Source of the DNA: an uncultured Anaerolineae bacterium
GTDB taxonomy: Bacteria; Chloroflexota; Anaerolineae; Fen-1058
DNA length: 64,000 bases
NCBI GenBank assembly: GCA_964398185.1
Contig: CAYNML010000024.1
Coordinates: 6,790-70,789, forward strand
Direction of reading: 5' to 3'
A program made the position numbers and the translations under genes. The notes under the pieces are model-generated. The model did not search any database. It was not told where the DNA came from and saw only the letters and a list, made by a program, of their open reading frames with translations. This document shows positions 29,056 through 44,000 of this stretch, one piece after another; within the stretch, counting starts at the first letter, position 1, and each line of letters opens with the position of its first letter.

Positions 29056-32000
29056 GTGAAACGCACCTTTATCCAAACGTGTCTCATTTCCTGCTTGAGC
29101 TTGGCCGGTGTATGGTTCCTGATCATGACGCCCGGCGCGCTGTCCGCCTCGGCCAATCAGGCCCTGGCGCCGCAACCGCGCAGGGCAGCGGCTCCGCTCG
29201 TTGTCCCAGTGTTGTATACCTATACCACCGGGGGACCTTACTCCCCCGACGATCAAACCTTGCTGCTGCTGCACTTTGACGGCGATGTCAGCGGGGCGCA
29301 GGGTGAAGTCGGCGTTGAAAACGGCGCCACGTTCACAACCGCCGGTCAGTATGGGGACGGGGTGATCATCGACGATGCCGACACGCTGACCTATACAATC
29401 GAAGACAATCTCGATCGGACGCGCGGCGCGATCGAGTTCTGGATCCGGCCGGCGTGGAACGGTAATGACGGACAGTCCTATACGTTCTTTGAAGCCGGCA
29501 GCGGCGACTGGTTCAATCGCCTGCGCATCATGAAAGACGGAGCCAACAACCTGCGCTTCATGGTCTGGAACGGCCATCTTGAAACGGGTGTCGGCTACAA
29601 CATCGAACACTGGGTGGCGGGCGAATGGCATCACGTGGCGGTGGCGTGGGAGGGCACGGACATCGTCCTGTTCACCGACGGCGAACGACGGCAAAGTCTG
29701 GGCGCCGCCTATTTGCCGGATGATTTAGCGGGCGCGATCTACATCGGCTCGAATCAAGCGCAGACCGAGCAAGCCCAGGCCACTCTGGATGAACTGCGGA
29801 TTAGTTCCGCTCCGCGTGTTGGTCTGGACTGGCCGCCGGCTGCACCGCGTATGCACGTGCTCAGCGGCGTCGTGCGCGATGCCGCGACCGGTTGGCCGTT
29901 GTACGCCAGCCTCACGCTTAACGGGTTGGGCTACACCCGCACTACCTTTTGGAACGATCCTGTTACCGGCTATTACAGTGTCACGTTGCCCGAAGGCCGC
30001 GATTATACACTGGCGGCGACTGCGTGGATCACGGGGTATCAACCCACCGTGCAGTTTGTGGAAGAGCTGATCGCCGATCGGGTTCAGGATGCGGCGCTGG
30101 CCGCCGATCCCGGGCTATGCACCGCGCCAGGCTATGTCCTGACCGACACGTTGCACTTCGCAGATTTTGAAACCGGCAGCGACGGTTACTTCACGCGGAC
30201 CATCAGCGCCAATTCCTGGGCCTGGGGTGAACCGGCGGCCACACCCGGCCCCGGCAGCGCGCACTCAGGCAGCCAGGTCTGGGCGACCAATCTCACCGGC
30301 AACTACAACGATTGGGAATACGGTGTGCTGACTGCTCCCGAGATTGATTTGAGTAGTTACGCCGGCGAAGATTTGACGTTGAGTTGGTGGCAATGGCTGT
30401 TCACAGAACCCAATTACGATCTGGCTCGAGTTGATGTGAGCAACGATGGCGGTAATACCTGGACTACCGCGTATGGACCGGTGATGGGGGAAACCAGTTC
30501 CAGCTGGACACCCATCACGGTAACATTGGATTCCAGTTACGCTGTCGAAAATTTCCGGTTACGCTTCTGGCTGAGCGCCGATGATACGATTCAGTTTCCC
30601 GGCTGGTACATCGACGACATTCAGTTGCGCACCGTCAGTGATCCGGAAACGCTCATCTATGCCGAGTCCTTCGAGAGTGATCCGGGCGGCTACACACCCG
30701 ACATCAGCGGCGTGACATCATGGCAGCGGGGCGAACCGGCCACCGGGCCTGGGGCAGCGCATTCCGGGCAATATGTCTGGGCCACCAACCCTGCTGGAGA
30801 CTACCTTGCCAGCGAGGATGGTCTGCTAGTTTCCCCGCCGATCAATCTTGGCAGCTACAGCGGCCAACGCCCCGTGCTGCGCTGGTGGCAATGGCTGGCA
30901 ACCGAAGCTGACCACGACTACGTCAGTGTCGATGTCAGCAGCAGCGGCGGGCAAGGGTGGGGGCGAATTTATGGCGAAGTGAGCGGCAACCTCGACACAA
31001 CAGGCTGGCGGGAGCAACGCGTTGCGCTCAATACCTGGGACGCCGTCAACGATTTTCGCTTGCGTTTCCGGCTGCGCTCTGACCATACAAACGAATATCC
31101 CGGCTGGTATATCGACGACGTGATGATCTCGGCGTGTCAACCGCAAGCAGGCGGCCTGGTCGTCGGCAATGTCTATGACGCGCACACCGGCCAAGCAGTC
31201 TCCGGAGCTGTCGTCACCAACACTCACGGCCAATCCTTTACGGCCACGGCCACACTCGATCCCGCGGTGCCGGACGCCTTCTACACGCTGTTCGCACCGG
31301 CCGGCCTTCAGCAATTCCAGGCGCAGGGTGACAGCGCAACCTATCAAGCACCGGATGCGCGCACCGTGAACGTAGTCAACGGCGGCGTCGTGCAGCAGGA
31401 CTTCACCCTCGTGCCATACCTGTTTGAGATTGACGGCTATGTGCGCGACGACCTCACCGGCTGGCCGTTGTACGCCCAGATCGACATCGGCAGCGACGCC
31501 GGACCGGTCACCACCACCTGGACCAATCCGTTCGACGGGTATTACGCGGTGGAGCTGTATCCGAACGTGACATATACCTTCACGATCTCCGCCTGGGTCA
31601 TGGGTTACCAGCCGCTCACCACCACGCTTGGCCCGTTAACGGCCAGCGGTTCTGAATCGTTTTATCTCAACGCCGATCTCGCCGCCTGCACGGCGCCCGG
31701 CTACTTTGATACCGGCGACTGCGAACCGCAGATCGGCGGCTTCTTGATTGGTCAGACTTATCACGCAGCCACCGGCGAACCGCTGCCCAACGTCATCGTC
31801 GCCAACAGCCAGGGCAACGTCTTCACCTCTGCACCAACCGCTGACCCCGACCTGGAAGATGCGTTCTACGTCCTCTTTGCGCCCGCAGGCCTTCAAACAT
31901 TCACTGCCACACATCCTGCGTATGGTCTGTCTGATGTCACATATCGTTACATCTATAACGCTAGTGTTCACTGGGGGGGCTTCTATCTCAGCGGGCAGCA

Positions 32001-35000
32001 GGTGATCTCCGGCTTCGTCACGGACGCAATGGCGGGCTGGCCGCTCTATGCCAGCGTGTCAATCAGCTCGACGGTCGATCAACAAACGATTTGGACCGAT
32101 CCGGTTACCGGGTTCTACAGCGTGACCCTGGATGCGGGCGTGACTTACACGCTGCAGGCCGAGGCGTGGAGCGCAGGATATCTACCCGTCACCCGATCGG
32201 TCTTTCTGCTGCCCGCCGGACACACTGAAAACTTTGCGCTGCACGCCGATCTGGACACCTGCTCTGCGCCGGGCTACACGCCGACAGACGGCTGCCACGT
32301 GCAGGCTGGCGGATTAATCGTGGGCGCCGTCACCGATGCGCGCAACAGCCAGCCGCTCCCCGGCGCAGTCATCCGCGGCGAGGCCGGTTACACCACCACT
32401 GCCGCCCTGACGCCGGGTGACAACATCGACGGCGCTTTCTACGCGCTCTTCTCACCGGTCGGCACGCAGTCCTTCACCGCCACTTACGCCAACGGCTACA
32501 CCATGAGTGCGGCGCACACGGCAACCATCATCCTGAGCAGCACCGTTCGGCGGGACTTTGATCTGGTGTTGGAAACGCAGGTCGTATCAGGCACGGTGAC
32601 AGATGCCGTCACCGGCTGGCCGCTCTACGCGCACCTGCAGATCAACAGCCCCGATGGCGCACGCACCGTCTGGACTGATCCGACCACCGGCGCCTATAGC
32701 GTAACCTTAGCCAGGGCTGTCAGCCATACTTTCACTCTCAGCGCCTGGGTCAACGGTTATATGCCGCGCACCTACAACAGCAGTGTACTCACCAGCGATC
32801 TCACCGTTCCGCTGACCTTGACGACCGATCTGACAGCGTGCGTTGCTCCCGGCTATCAGGGCAATTTCTACTTTGAAGGCTTTGAAGTGGATAACGGCGG
32901 CTATACGGTGCTGCCCGCCACCAAGACTTCGTGGCAGTGGGGCGTGCCTTACAACGGATTTGGCGCCGGTGTCGCCCACTCCGGCAGCCATGTCTGGGCC
33001 ACCGAACTGGACAACTTCTTCGATTTTTATGAAGACGGCTACCTTGTCTCACCCAACATCGATTTGAGCCTGCACGCCGGACAGCCCATCACCGTAACTT
33101 GGTGGCATTGGCTGCAGACTGGCAATAGCGGCGATCTGGTCAGCGCGCAGGTCAGCAACAACGGCGGCAGCACGTGGACGACCGTCTATGGTGAAACGTC
33201 CGTAGCCAGTCCGTATAGCTGGGCACAACAGCAGGTGAATCTCAGCGCGTCCTATGCGGTGTCCAACTTCCGGCTGCGTTTCCGCTTCCGTACAGACGGC
33301 GTCAACAATGCAGCTGGCTGGTACATTGACGACATCGCCATCTATGGAACAGCCCCTCGAACCTGCGTACCCCAAGCCGGCGGCCTGATTGTAGGCAATG
33401 CCTACGATGCCAATACCGGGGCGCCCCTGAACAACAGCCGCGTGACACCGGCCAACGGCGACAGCGCGCTCACCCGCGCGACCGCTGATCCTGCTATCGA
33501 CGATGCGCTTTACATTCTCTTCGCACCGGTCGGCACACAACCGCTCACCGTCACGCGCAGCAACTACGCAACGCAGATCGCCACGCCGACCATGACGGCC
33601 AATGCCGTGATCACGCAGCACTTCAACTTGCCGGCCGGGCGTGCCGTGCGCACACCCGCCACGCTGAGCGTGACCCAGGAACTGGGGGTGGCCGCCGCCG
33701 CCGCCCTGCTGGTCACCAACACCGGCAGTGCGCCGCTCAACTTCTCAGTGCTGGAGTATCTCAATCCCACCCCGGCCGCGACTGGCGCCCAGGGGTATAG
33801 CTGGTACACCACAACCTATCAATGGATCGATGCCACGGCAGGCATGACGTTGTCCCTGAGCGGCGAAGATGAAGCAAATCTCGATCTGCCATTCAATTTT
33901 CCGTTTTTCTACGCCGCGACCAATCGGATACGGATAGGCAACAACGGCGCGGCCGTTTTCTTTCAACCAGAAGGCGAGATCGCCGCGGCGAATGCCGCCT
34001 TGAACAGCCTCGCGACCAACTACTTCCTGGCGCCCTTCTGGGACGACCTGGGCAGCAACACAGCCGGCCGGCTGTACTGGCTGACAGGCGGCACGGCGCC
34101 CAACCGGTACGTCGTCATCGAATGGTACAACCGGCCACACGCGCTTGGCGGCGGCGGCGTCACGTTTGAGATGGTGCTCTATGAAAACGGCAACCTCCTG
34201 TTCCAATATCAGGATGTCGATTTCGGCCATGCGACTTACAACAACGGCGCCAGCGCCACCGTCGGTATTCGCGGCGGCGGAACACCCGAGATATTGCAGT
34301 ATTCGTACAATACGTCCTCACTCGCCAACGGCTTAGCCATCTGCTACCGGCGCGCGAATCAACTGCCCTGTGCCCCGATCGATGCAGCGTGGCTGGCGGC
34401 CACCCCCGTTTCAGCGCCGCTCGCGATCAGCGGCACCCAGCCGATTGCGCTGCTCATCGACGCCGCACCGCTTACCGCCACCGGATCATACACGGCCTGG
34501 CTGCGCTTCGATCACAACACGCCTTACGCCATCGATGATGTCCGCGTCAATTTACAGGTCCTCTCGCGCAGCTTGCAGCTGGAACCGGTCACCACTACCG
34601 TGTATGCCGATCCCGGCACAGTCGCTACCCACACCCTGCGCGTGCGTAACGTCGGCGCGATCTCCAAGACTTTTGAATTGACCGCCACCGGCGGCAGCTG
34701 GGCCATTCAATTCCCCTCGCAAACGACGCTTTTGCCGGGCAGCAGCAGCGATCTGATCGTGGGCGTCACCGTGCCGCCGGCCGCGCCGCTCTACATCACC
34801 GATGTGGTCACCCTGAGCGCCCGTTCGCTGGATGGCGCTTCGCGCTCCATGACTGCGCCGCTTACCACCATTCGCGCGGTACACAGCGCCACCGTGCAGT
34901 CACCCGCGACAGCGCAATTTGGCTGGCCGGGCAGCGTGGTCTCTTACTCATTGAATATACGCAACACCGGTAACGTGACCGAGGTGTTCACGTTGACACC

Positions 35001-38000
35001 TGCCGGCCAGGTGTGGACGACCACGCTCACGCCCGCGTCCGAGATGTTGCCGCCCGGTGCACAGAGCACGGTCTTGGCCACCGTTGAGATTCCCGTTGAC
35101 GCGCTGGGCGGACCGACGGCTGTGGCGACAGTCACCACAGCTTATCTGTCGGGCATGACGCCCATCGCTTTGAACACCACGGTGTTGAGCACCACGGCCA
35201 TCCATCATCAACCGGTGCTGGAACCGCCCGCACAAATGAAGGAAAATCCGGCGGGCAGCGTGTGGTCGATCACGTACACCCTGAGCCTCAGCAATGCGGG
35301 CAATCAGACTGACACCTTCGCGCTCACAACCGCCAGCGATTGGGCTGTCGATGCTCCGACGATGCTCGGTCCCCTGGCGCCCTTGTCTGCAACGAACTTC
35401 AGTGTGACAGTCACTGTGCCCATGACGGCTCCGCATGGTACCAGCCACACGGCCATCGTCACGGCCACTTCGCAGGGCGACAGCAGCCGATCGGATGCCG
35501 CTGAGCTAATCGGGGTGGCGCACACCGATTGGATCATCACCAACACCCTGCTCCTGCCCGCGGGCAGCTATCACTTCAACACGCTAACCGTCATGCCTGG
35601 CGGCGATTTGCGCTTACAGAGCAATCCCACTTCAGGCGCAGGCGTCACCATTACCGCGCAGAATGTCACCATCCATCCCGGCGGATCGATCACGGCCAAC
35701 GGTCTGGGCTATCCCAGTCAACAAGGACCGGGGGCGGGCAACTCGGCTGGTTGGACTCACGGTCCAGGCGGCGGAGCTTACGGCGGCTGGGCGGGAAGCG
35801 GCAACGCGGCGGCAGGTGGCTCGCCATACGGTTCAGTGAAGAATCCCCATCAAGCAGGCAGCGGCGGCGGCGCAGGCAACGGTCTGGCGGGTGGCGCCGG
35901 TGGTGGCGCTATTCATCTGATCGTTGGTGAGGCGCTGGTGATCAGCGGGACACTCTCCGCCAATGGTAATTCTGGATCATCTTCAACCTTCGATGCCAGC
36001 GGCGGCGGCTCAGGCGGCAGCCTGTGGATTGAAGCGAACACGTTAAGGGGAGATGGACTGCTGCGTGCCAACGGCGGAAATGGCGGGGCGACAGGCTCCT
36101 ATGCACGCGCAGGCGGCGGATCCGGTGGACGCATTGCTGTTCATTATCAAACTTCAACTTTCAACGGCAGCTATCAGGCGCTGGGCGGAAGCTCGAGTTC
36201 ACAGTATGGCGGGCCGGGGACCGTGTATCTGCACGGATCCAGCGGCAACGGCCAATTGCAGATCGACAATGGCGGCGTCAACTCACTCAGCGCCGGACTG
36301 CTGCCGGACGCATACGAATTTGAGCGCATCATCCAGACACGTTTCGGCCATGGACGCGTCTTGAGCACAACCTCAGTTGTGACAATCAGCAATGAAACCC
36401 TGCAAGGCGATGGAACCTCGACCCTGACCAGTGAAGGCGTGATCGTTGCGCCGACAGAATTCAGCATCAGCGGCACGCTGCTGGCCGTGCAAGGCGACTT
36501 GCGTGGAGTGCAAGCGATCACCACCACCGGCAGTGGCGGACTGGAACTGTATGCGCACACCCCCTGGCGTACGGGGGAGTACACTTTCACGAACATGAGT
36601 GTAGGCGCCGGGACAGTTCTGCGTCTGGTCTCAGCCGATAATGGCAATGCCAACTATAGCGACGATTACGGCGTGACCCTGTATGCCGCTCACGTTTCCA
36701 TTGCACACGGCGGTCAAGTAACAGCCGACGCGCGCGGTTATGCGCAGGCCAGTGGGCCGGGTGCAGGCAGCAGCGCCGCGTGGACCCATGGACCGGGTGG
36801 CGGGGCCTATGGCGGCTGGGCCGGAAATGGCAATACTGCCCCAGGCGGATCGCCATACGGCGGAGTTCTCCAGCCTGCGCGGTTAGGGAGCGGCGGCGGC
36901 AGTGGCAACGGCACAGCCGGCGGCGCAGGCGGTGGCGCCATACACCTGAGCATCAGCGATACCTTGATCGTCAATGGCACATTGGCGGCTGATGGCGGCG
37001 CGGGAGCCACATCCACTTTTGATGCCGGCGGCGGCGGCTCAGGCGGCAGCCTGTGGATTGAAGCCGGAAGGGTGCAAGGCCAGGGCATTATCCGCGCGAA
37101 TGGGGGCAGCGGCGGCGCCACAGGTTCTTATGCGCGCGCCGGAGGTGGATCAGGCGGACGGATTGGCCTCTACTATCAAACCTCCATCTTTACGGGTTCG
37201 CTCCAGGCCCGAGGCGGTGCTTCGGCGGCGCAATACGGTGGCCCTGGAACAATCTATTTGAAGGGGCCAACGGGAGCAGGGGTACTCCAAGTCGACAATG
37301 CCGGCACAAATGGTCAGAGCGCCGCACTGCTCCCCGGCGCGTACCAATTCGATCAAGTGCAGCTCACCAACTACGGCCATCTCACCGTGCAGGGCGATCT
37401 CACTTTGACGGCGAATGTCTTGCAAGGCCACAGTAACTCGCGCTTGACGGTGACGGGCACCCTCACCGCCACGGAAGCCAGCACCTTCCAGAACGCGGCC
37501 ATTGTTGTTCCAGGTCTTCTGGTCGTGTCTGACACCTTGCGCGTCTACACCACCACGGTCGATGTGCCCGGCCAGCTAATCGGAGCCAGCGATCTCCTCA
37601 TCGATCAGCGTGGGCGCGTGCTGCTATATGCTCAATCCTATCCCAGCGGCACGCTGGCGCTGGATGCCGTCGATGTTAGCAGCGGTACGCTGACGTTGAT
37701 CGCCCACGACAACGGCAATACCACTTACACCGACGATACCGGTTTCACGCTGGCTGCCCGCACGATCAGTGTGGGCGTGAACAGCCTGATCGAAGCGAAC
37801 GGTCAAGGCTATGGCACGCAGCGCGGCCCCGGTGCGCACCACAACGGATCGAGTCACGGCGGTTATGGCGGCGGTGCGGCGCCAACCTATGGGTTGGTCT
37901 ATTCTCCGACGATGTTGGGCTCGAGCGGCGATAACGGACGTGGCGGCGGCGCACTGCATGCGATCGTCACCGAGACGTTGACGCTGAACGGTCAACTGCA

Positions 38001-41000
38001 GGCCAACGGCCTGGCCGACGGCAGCGGCGGCTCGATCTGGATCGAAACGCCGGTGTTGACCGGCACAGCGAGTGGTCGCGTGCAAGCCAACGGCGGCAGT
38101 GAAGCCGGCGGCGGCGGCCGTATCGCTTTGTATGCCACCGACTTCAACGGCTTTGCGGGCAGTCTGGCAGCCAGCTTCGGCGGCGGTGTGTGTCCGCTGA
38201 ATCCCGTCACATACTGCGACGGCACGATCTATCTCAACAGCGTCGATCCCTTCGCCTCCACCGTTGAAGCTCAGCCCACCTCGGTGGTTGCGAATGGCGT
38301 TGGGGCCAGCATCATCACGGTGACCTTAAAGAATGTCACCGGTTATCCGGTGGCCAATCAAGCAGTGCAGCTGCTGGTGTTACCGGCCGCCGGGACGCAG
38401 ATCGGCGGACAACCAGCCACTGGCAGTTACCTGACCATCGGCACGTCCAATCTCAGCGGCACGGTGACCACGACGCTGACGGCTACCACGGCCGGACTGC
38501 GCGGCATCGGCGCGCGCGCTGCCAACGGCGCCACAATCTATCAAACCGCGCTGGTGACGTTCACCAACGGCACGGTCAGCCCCGCCCAATCGCGCATCGA
38601 CCTCATCGGCAACGCTACCGCCGCCGCCGATGGATCGGCGGCAGTCAATGTGCGCATCACCGCGCGCGATGCGTTCAGCAACCCTGTCAGCGGCGCGATC
38701 GTGATCCTGACCTCTACCGCCCCGATCAATCTCAATCACCCCGTCGCTCCGACTGATCTCAACGGCCAGACGACGGGCAGCGTTACCAGCACGGTCAGCG
38801 GCCCGGCCGTCGTCGGGGCCATCATCGACGGCGTACTGATCAGCAATACGATCACCGCTAACTTCATCGGCGCCGATCTGGCCGTCACCAAGGTTGGCCC
38901 GGCAGAAGCCACCCCGGGCTTCACCGTCACCTATGAGTTGAATGTCAGCAATCAAGGCCAACTCGCAGCCACGAACGTTGTGCTGACGGATACGCTGTCG
39001 CCCTATCTCAGTTTCATCACGCAGACCAGTCCCTATTCCTTCACGCAGCTGGGCCATGCTGTGATCTGGCAGGTCGGCGTCCTGTCGCCGGGCCAACAAA
39101 GCGCGCTGCAACTGCAAGCGTTGGTCATCACCAGTACGCCCCACTACACGCCCGTTGCCAATCTGGCGGCAGTCCACACGGCGACGACGGAACACAACCT
39201 GGCGAATAACACCGCACAGACCACGGCTTCGACCATTCCACCGACGCCGCGCCTGACCGTCTCGCCTGCCGCGCCGACGCTCATCGTGGATCGCGGCAGC
39301 ACGACGACATTGACGGTGACCATTCGCAATGCTGGCACCGCACCGCTGACCAACGTCGTCGTCAATCCGCCACCGCACATCAACTGGGTCACCGTGGCCG
39401 ATGGAGTAGTCGGCGATATGCCGCCCGGCCAGGTGATCACGGTTGTGCTGCAAGCCGATGCCACCGCTCTGCCGCCCGCCGGTTACTACCGCGACTTCGT
39501 GCGCGTTACCAGCGATAACGGCGGACAACGGCCTATCGCGCTGACGGTGCTGGTGAGTGAGGCCAGCCGCGAGGTCGTGATCACCGTGGTCAACAACGGC
39601 GCGCAGCGTGTGCCTCACGCCGCGGCCCTCATCGATCGTCCGATTCTCGTTGTGACGGAAGGCGTCAGCGGCGTGGAACATGAGTATCAGCGCACGGCGG
39701 CTAATGAGACCGGCGTATTCACGCTGACCCAGCAGCAAGCGGGGTCGTTCGACTACACGCTCACCGCACCCGGCCACCAAACCGCGAATGGCTCAGTGAC
39801 GGTGGTCGAGGGATCAGGCCCGCAGCAGGTCACGTTGATCATGACGGCCACCCCATCGGTGATCTTTACACCGGCCGAGCCGCAGTTGAACGTCGCGCCG
39901 GGCGAGGCCGCGCAGTTGGAAGTGCGCGCGCAAAACGCCGGGGTGCTGCCGTTGACCAACGTTGTCCTGACGTCGACCGGTTCGATCACATGGACGTATC
40001 TGGGCCAGGCCGGTGACGCCGTCTCGCTCGCACCCGGCCAATCCTTCACGCTCACCATCAACGCCACCCCGCCGGAAGACGCCACCCCGGCCATCTACCA
40101 GGACGTGATCGGCCTCAGCGCCGACGGCGGCTTCACCAGGCTGTTGCCGTACGCGGTGCGCGTGTCGCACAGCGCCGTGCGCGCGCTGGAAGTCACCGTC
40201 GTCGATGTGGAAGGCAATCCGGTCCGGCAGGCCGACGTGCAGCTGGTGGCGCAGCAGAGCACGTTGATCATCAGCGGCGCCAACACCAGCACACAGCGCG
40301 AGAGCTATCTCGGCCTGACGGATAACAACGGTCAGCACGTCTTCCCCAACCTGCCGCTGGGCGACTATCACTACGATGTCGGCGTGCAGGGTTATCAAGC
40401 GGCCACCGGCGCGCTCGAGGTGATCGCCGGGACGGGCGTGCAGACGCACACCATCCACGTCCCGCAGCCTGCGTTGTCGATCAACTGGTCCGTGGAGCCG
40501 ACGCCGTTCGAGGATGTGTACACGGCCACGCTCAGCCTGGTCTTCGATCCGAACATCGTCAAGCCCAACCTGGGCTGTGCGCCGCTGGAAGCATGTTTCA
40601 GTCATACGAATAACATCCTGGAAATCCACAACTTCTATCCGGTCACCATCACCAACGCCGAGATTGAGATCACCTTCGACTGCGAAGTGTTCTACAACCC
40701 CATTCTGGGCGACATTCCGCCGAACGCGACGGTGCCCGTGACGCTGACTTTTGGCACAGGCTGCTGCACCGGCACGGTGCCCTGCTCGGAACCGGCCAAG
40801 CGGCACGCCGGACAAGTACATCTGACCGGCGAATATAACCACTTGATGCGCGCGTCCATGTACAACATCAGCGCGGTGCAGCCGCCCAGCCAGATGACGC
40901 CCGGCAGCCTGTACACCGTGCCGCTGCATCTGGTGAACGAAGGCTTCCCGGCTGATGGCAATCTGTTGGGCGATCCGCTGCCGATCGAGAATATTCACCT

Positions 41001-44000
41001 GAACCAGCCGCCGGTGCTGACCTTCATCACCGTCTCGCCCACGCACATCTCAAGCCTGGCCGTCGGCGCGGAAGCCGACATCGAACTGCAGGTGGAAGTG
41101 CCGCAGTGGCTGCCGCAGGGCGTGTACGCCGACGCGATCGTGATCACTTCGACCGACGGCATCTCGACGGTGCTCGAAATTCTGGCCGAGATGTCCGCCG
41201 ACGGCCTGACGATCGAGACGCAGTTTGTCACACCGCTCCGTCCGGGTGAAGAACCGCCGGGCGGCGGCCACCCCGGCGGCGGACAACCACTCGTTCCGCC
41301 GTGGTGGCAGCCGCCGCAATACCCGGAAGAGAACGAGCCGATCGAGATGACGTTCAACTTCTCGCGGGTCTGCTGTCGCGATTGCCCGAAGGATCCGGTC
41401 TACACGTGGGGGCGCGTCGGCGGCACGCTGGTCGTGCAAGCCTACGGCGGCGGCTGGCATTACACGCCGCACTTCAAAGGCGGGCTGGTCTATCTGGAGA
41501 TCGTGCAGCGCATCTCGCTGGAACGGGAAGCCTTCACGGCCAAGATGATGTTGTCCCACGCCGGCGGCTTGCCGGTGGAAGACATCAACGTAGACATTCT
41601 TGTCACCGACGACGACGGGCTGTCGTGGATCGTCGAGCCGGGGCAAGGCGTGGGCGGCTTCCTGATCACGCCGACGATTCCCACAACCCTCACGAACATG
41701 GTGTCCGGCACTCAGCAAGCCGCCATGTGGACCCTGGTGCCTGACGGCCTGAACATCACCGAACCCCAGGGGCGCAAGTTCTACGTGCAAGCGTTCATGA
41801 GCTACAAGGTAAACGGCGTCACCTACAACTTCGAGACGCAGCGCGAGACGATCACGGTGATGCCGCAGCCCTTCGTCTTGATCGACTACTTCATCCCGCG
41901 CTACGTCTGGGCCAACGAGCCGTTCAAGATCTGGATCATGGCCACCAACCTCGGCTGGGGAGCGGCCAAGAATTTGAAAGTTGACAGCGCGCAACCCCGC
42001 ATCGTGCGCAACGACTCCGGCCTGCCGATCAATTTCGAGATCATCAGCGATCTGCTCGTCAACTTCGGCACGCTGGCGCCGGGCCAGACCGAGACGCGCT
42101 TCTGGTCGGTGGTCGCCAATCACGATGGGACCTTCATCGACTTCAAGGTCGCCTGTACGCACGCCAACTATCGCGGCCTGCCGCTGTCCGATCTGATCTG
42201 GTGCAACCCGCGCGGCAACTACCTGGAAAATCCGCCGCCCAACTGGGCCAAGGAAGATCAATGCCTGGTCAGCAATACGCAGGGCTACAGTGAAGATCCG
42301 GTCAGCACGCTGAGCGGCAACTTCACCTACAACACCACCGATGTGTCCATTCCCACCTGGGGCGATCCGCTAATGCTGGAGCGTTCGTACAATGCGCTCG
42401 ACGTCGGCGATGGACCGTTCGGGCCGGGCTGGACGCACAACTACAACTCCTCTCTCACCTACCGCAGCTTCATGCCCATCAGCGGCGGGGCGCCGGTCAC
42501 GACGCCGCTGAATACCATGCAGATGAAGGCCCCGCGCGGTTCGCTGCTGTTCTTCAAACTGAACCCCGACGATTCCTTCACCGCCATGCCGGGCGTCAAA
42601 GGCACACTGACGCGCACGCTGGGCACCTATACCGTGACGCTGCCCGATCAGCGCAAGTTCGTCTACAACGCCGATCAGTGGCTGACCCAACAGATCGATC
42701 CCAACGGCAATGCCCTGACCTTGACGTACGATGGGCAGGAACGATTGACGCACATTACCGATCCAGCCGGGCGGTCGTTGAGCTTCGTCTACGACGATAA
42801 CGATCACATCGTGCAGATGACGGATCCGCTCAATCGGGTCACGCAGTACGGTTACGATGCGGCGGGCTACCTCACCACCGTCACCGACACGCTGGGCCTG
42901 GTGACGCGCATGACGTACGTCAGCAGCTACGGCATGCGCCGCCTGCAAAACATCATCGATCCCAACGGCCACCTCGTCGTCACCAACCACTACGACACGC
43001 GCGGGCGCGTCGTGCGCCAGCTGGACGGCGCGGGTCACGAAACGCGCTTCACCTACGGCAACCAGGTCACCACCATGATCGGCCCGCGCGGCGACGCCAC
43101 GCAGGACTACTACGACAACGAAGGCCGCCTGATCAAGCGCGTCGATGCGCTGGGCTACACCGAGCTGTACGAATACGACAGCAACAACAACCGCACCGCC
43201 TACACCGACAAGAACGGCCGCCGCTCGCAGTTTGTGTGGGACGGTCCCGGCTGCAACATGAGCGCCGTGATCGATCCGGCGGGCAACACCACGCAGTTCA
43301 CCTACGATGAGCGCAACCGGCCCACCAGCCAGATCGATGCCTTGGGCCACACCCTGCGCTTCACCTACGGCCCCTACCTGGACCCGATCGCCGTAACCGA
43401 TCCGCTGAGCCGCACCACAGTGCGCGCCTACGGCGGCCACGGTGAACTGCTGAGTGAGACCGATGCGGCCAATCGCAGCACGGCGTATGGCTACGATCTC
43501 TACGGCAACCAGACCGTGATCACCAATCCGTTGGGGTATGCGCGGCGCATGGACTACGATGCCGGCGGGCGCGTGCTGCACACCACCGATGAGCTGGGCC
43601 GCGTCACCACGTTGGTCTATGACGCCGCCGATCGGTTATTGCAAGCCACCGGGCCAACCGGCCTGAGCGTCTTCTATGAATACGACGGTGTGGGCCAGCA
43701 GACGGTCGTCACCGACACGCTGGGCCGCGTCACACGCTTCGGCTACGATGTGCTCAATCGGCCGGTAACCATCACGGCCAGCTACCAGGACGGCGTCTTC
43801 GATCCGGCGCGACCCGACGAGGACCTCATCACCCTCAAGCGCTTCGACGCGGCCGGTAACCTGATCGCCGAAACCGACGAACTGGGCCGCGTGACGCGCT
43901 ACGGCTACGACCTGCTCAACCGCCTGATCACCACCACCAATCCGCTGGGCTACACGCAGATCTACACCTACGACGGCGTGGGCAACCGCCTGGCCGCAAC

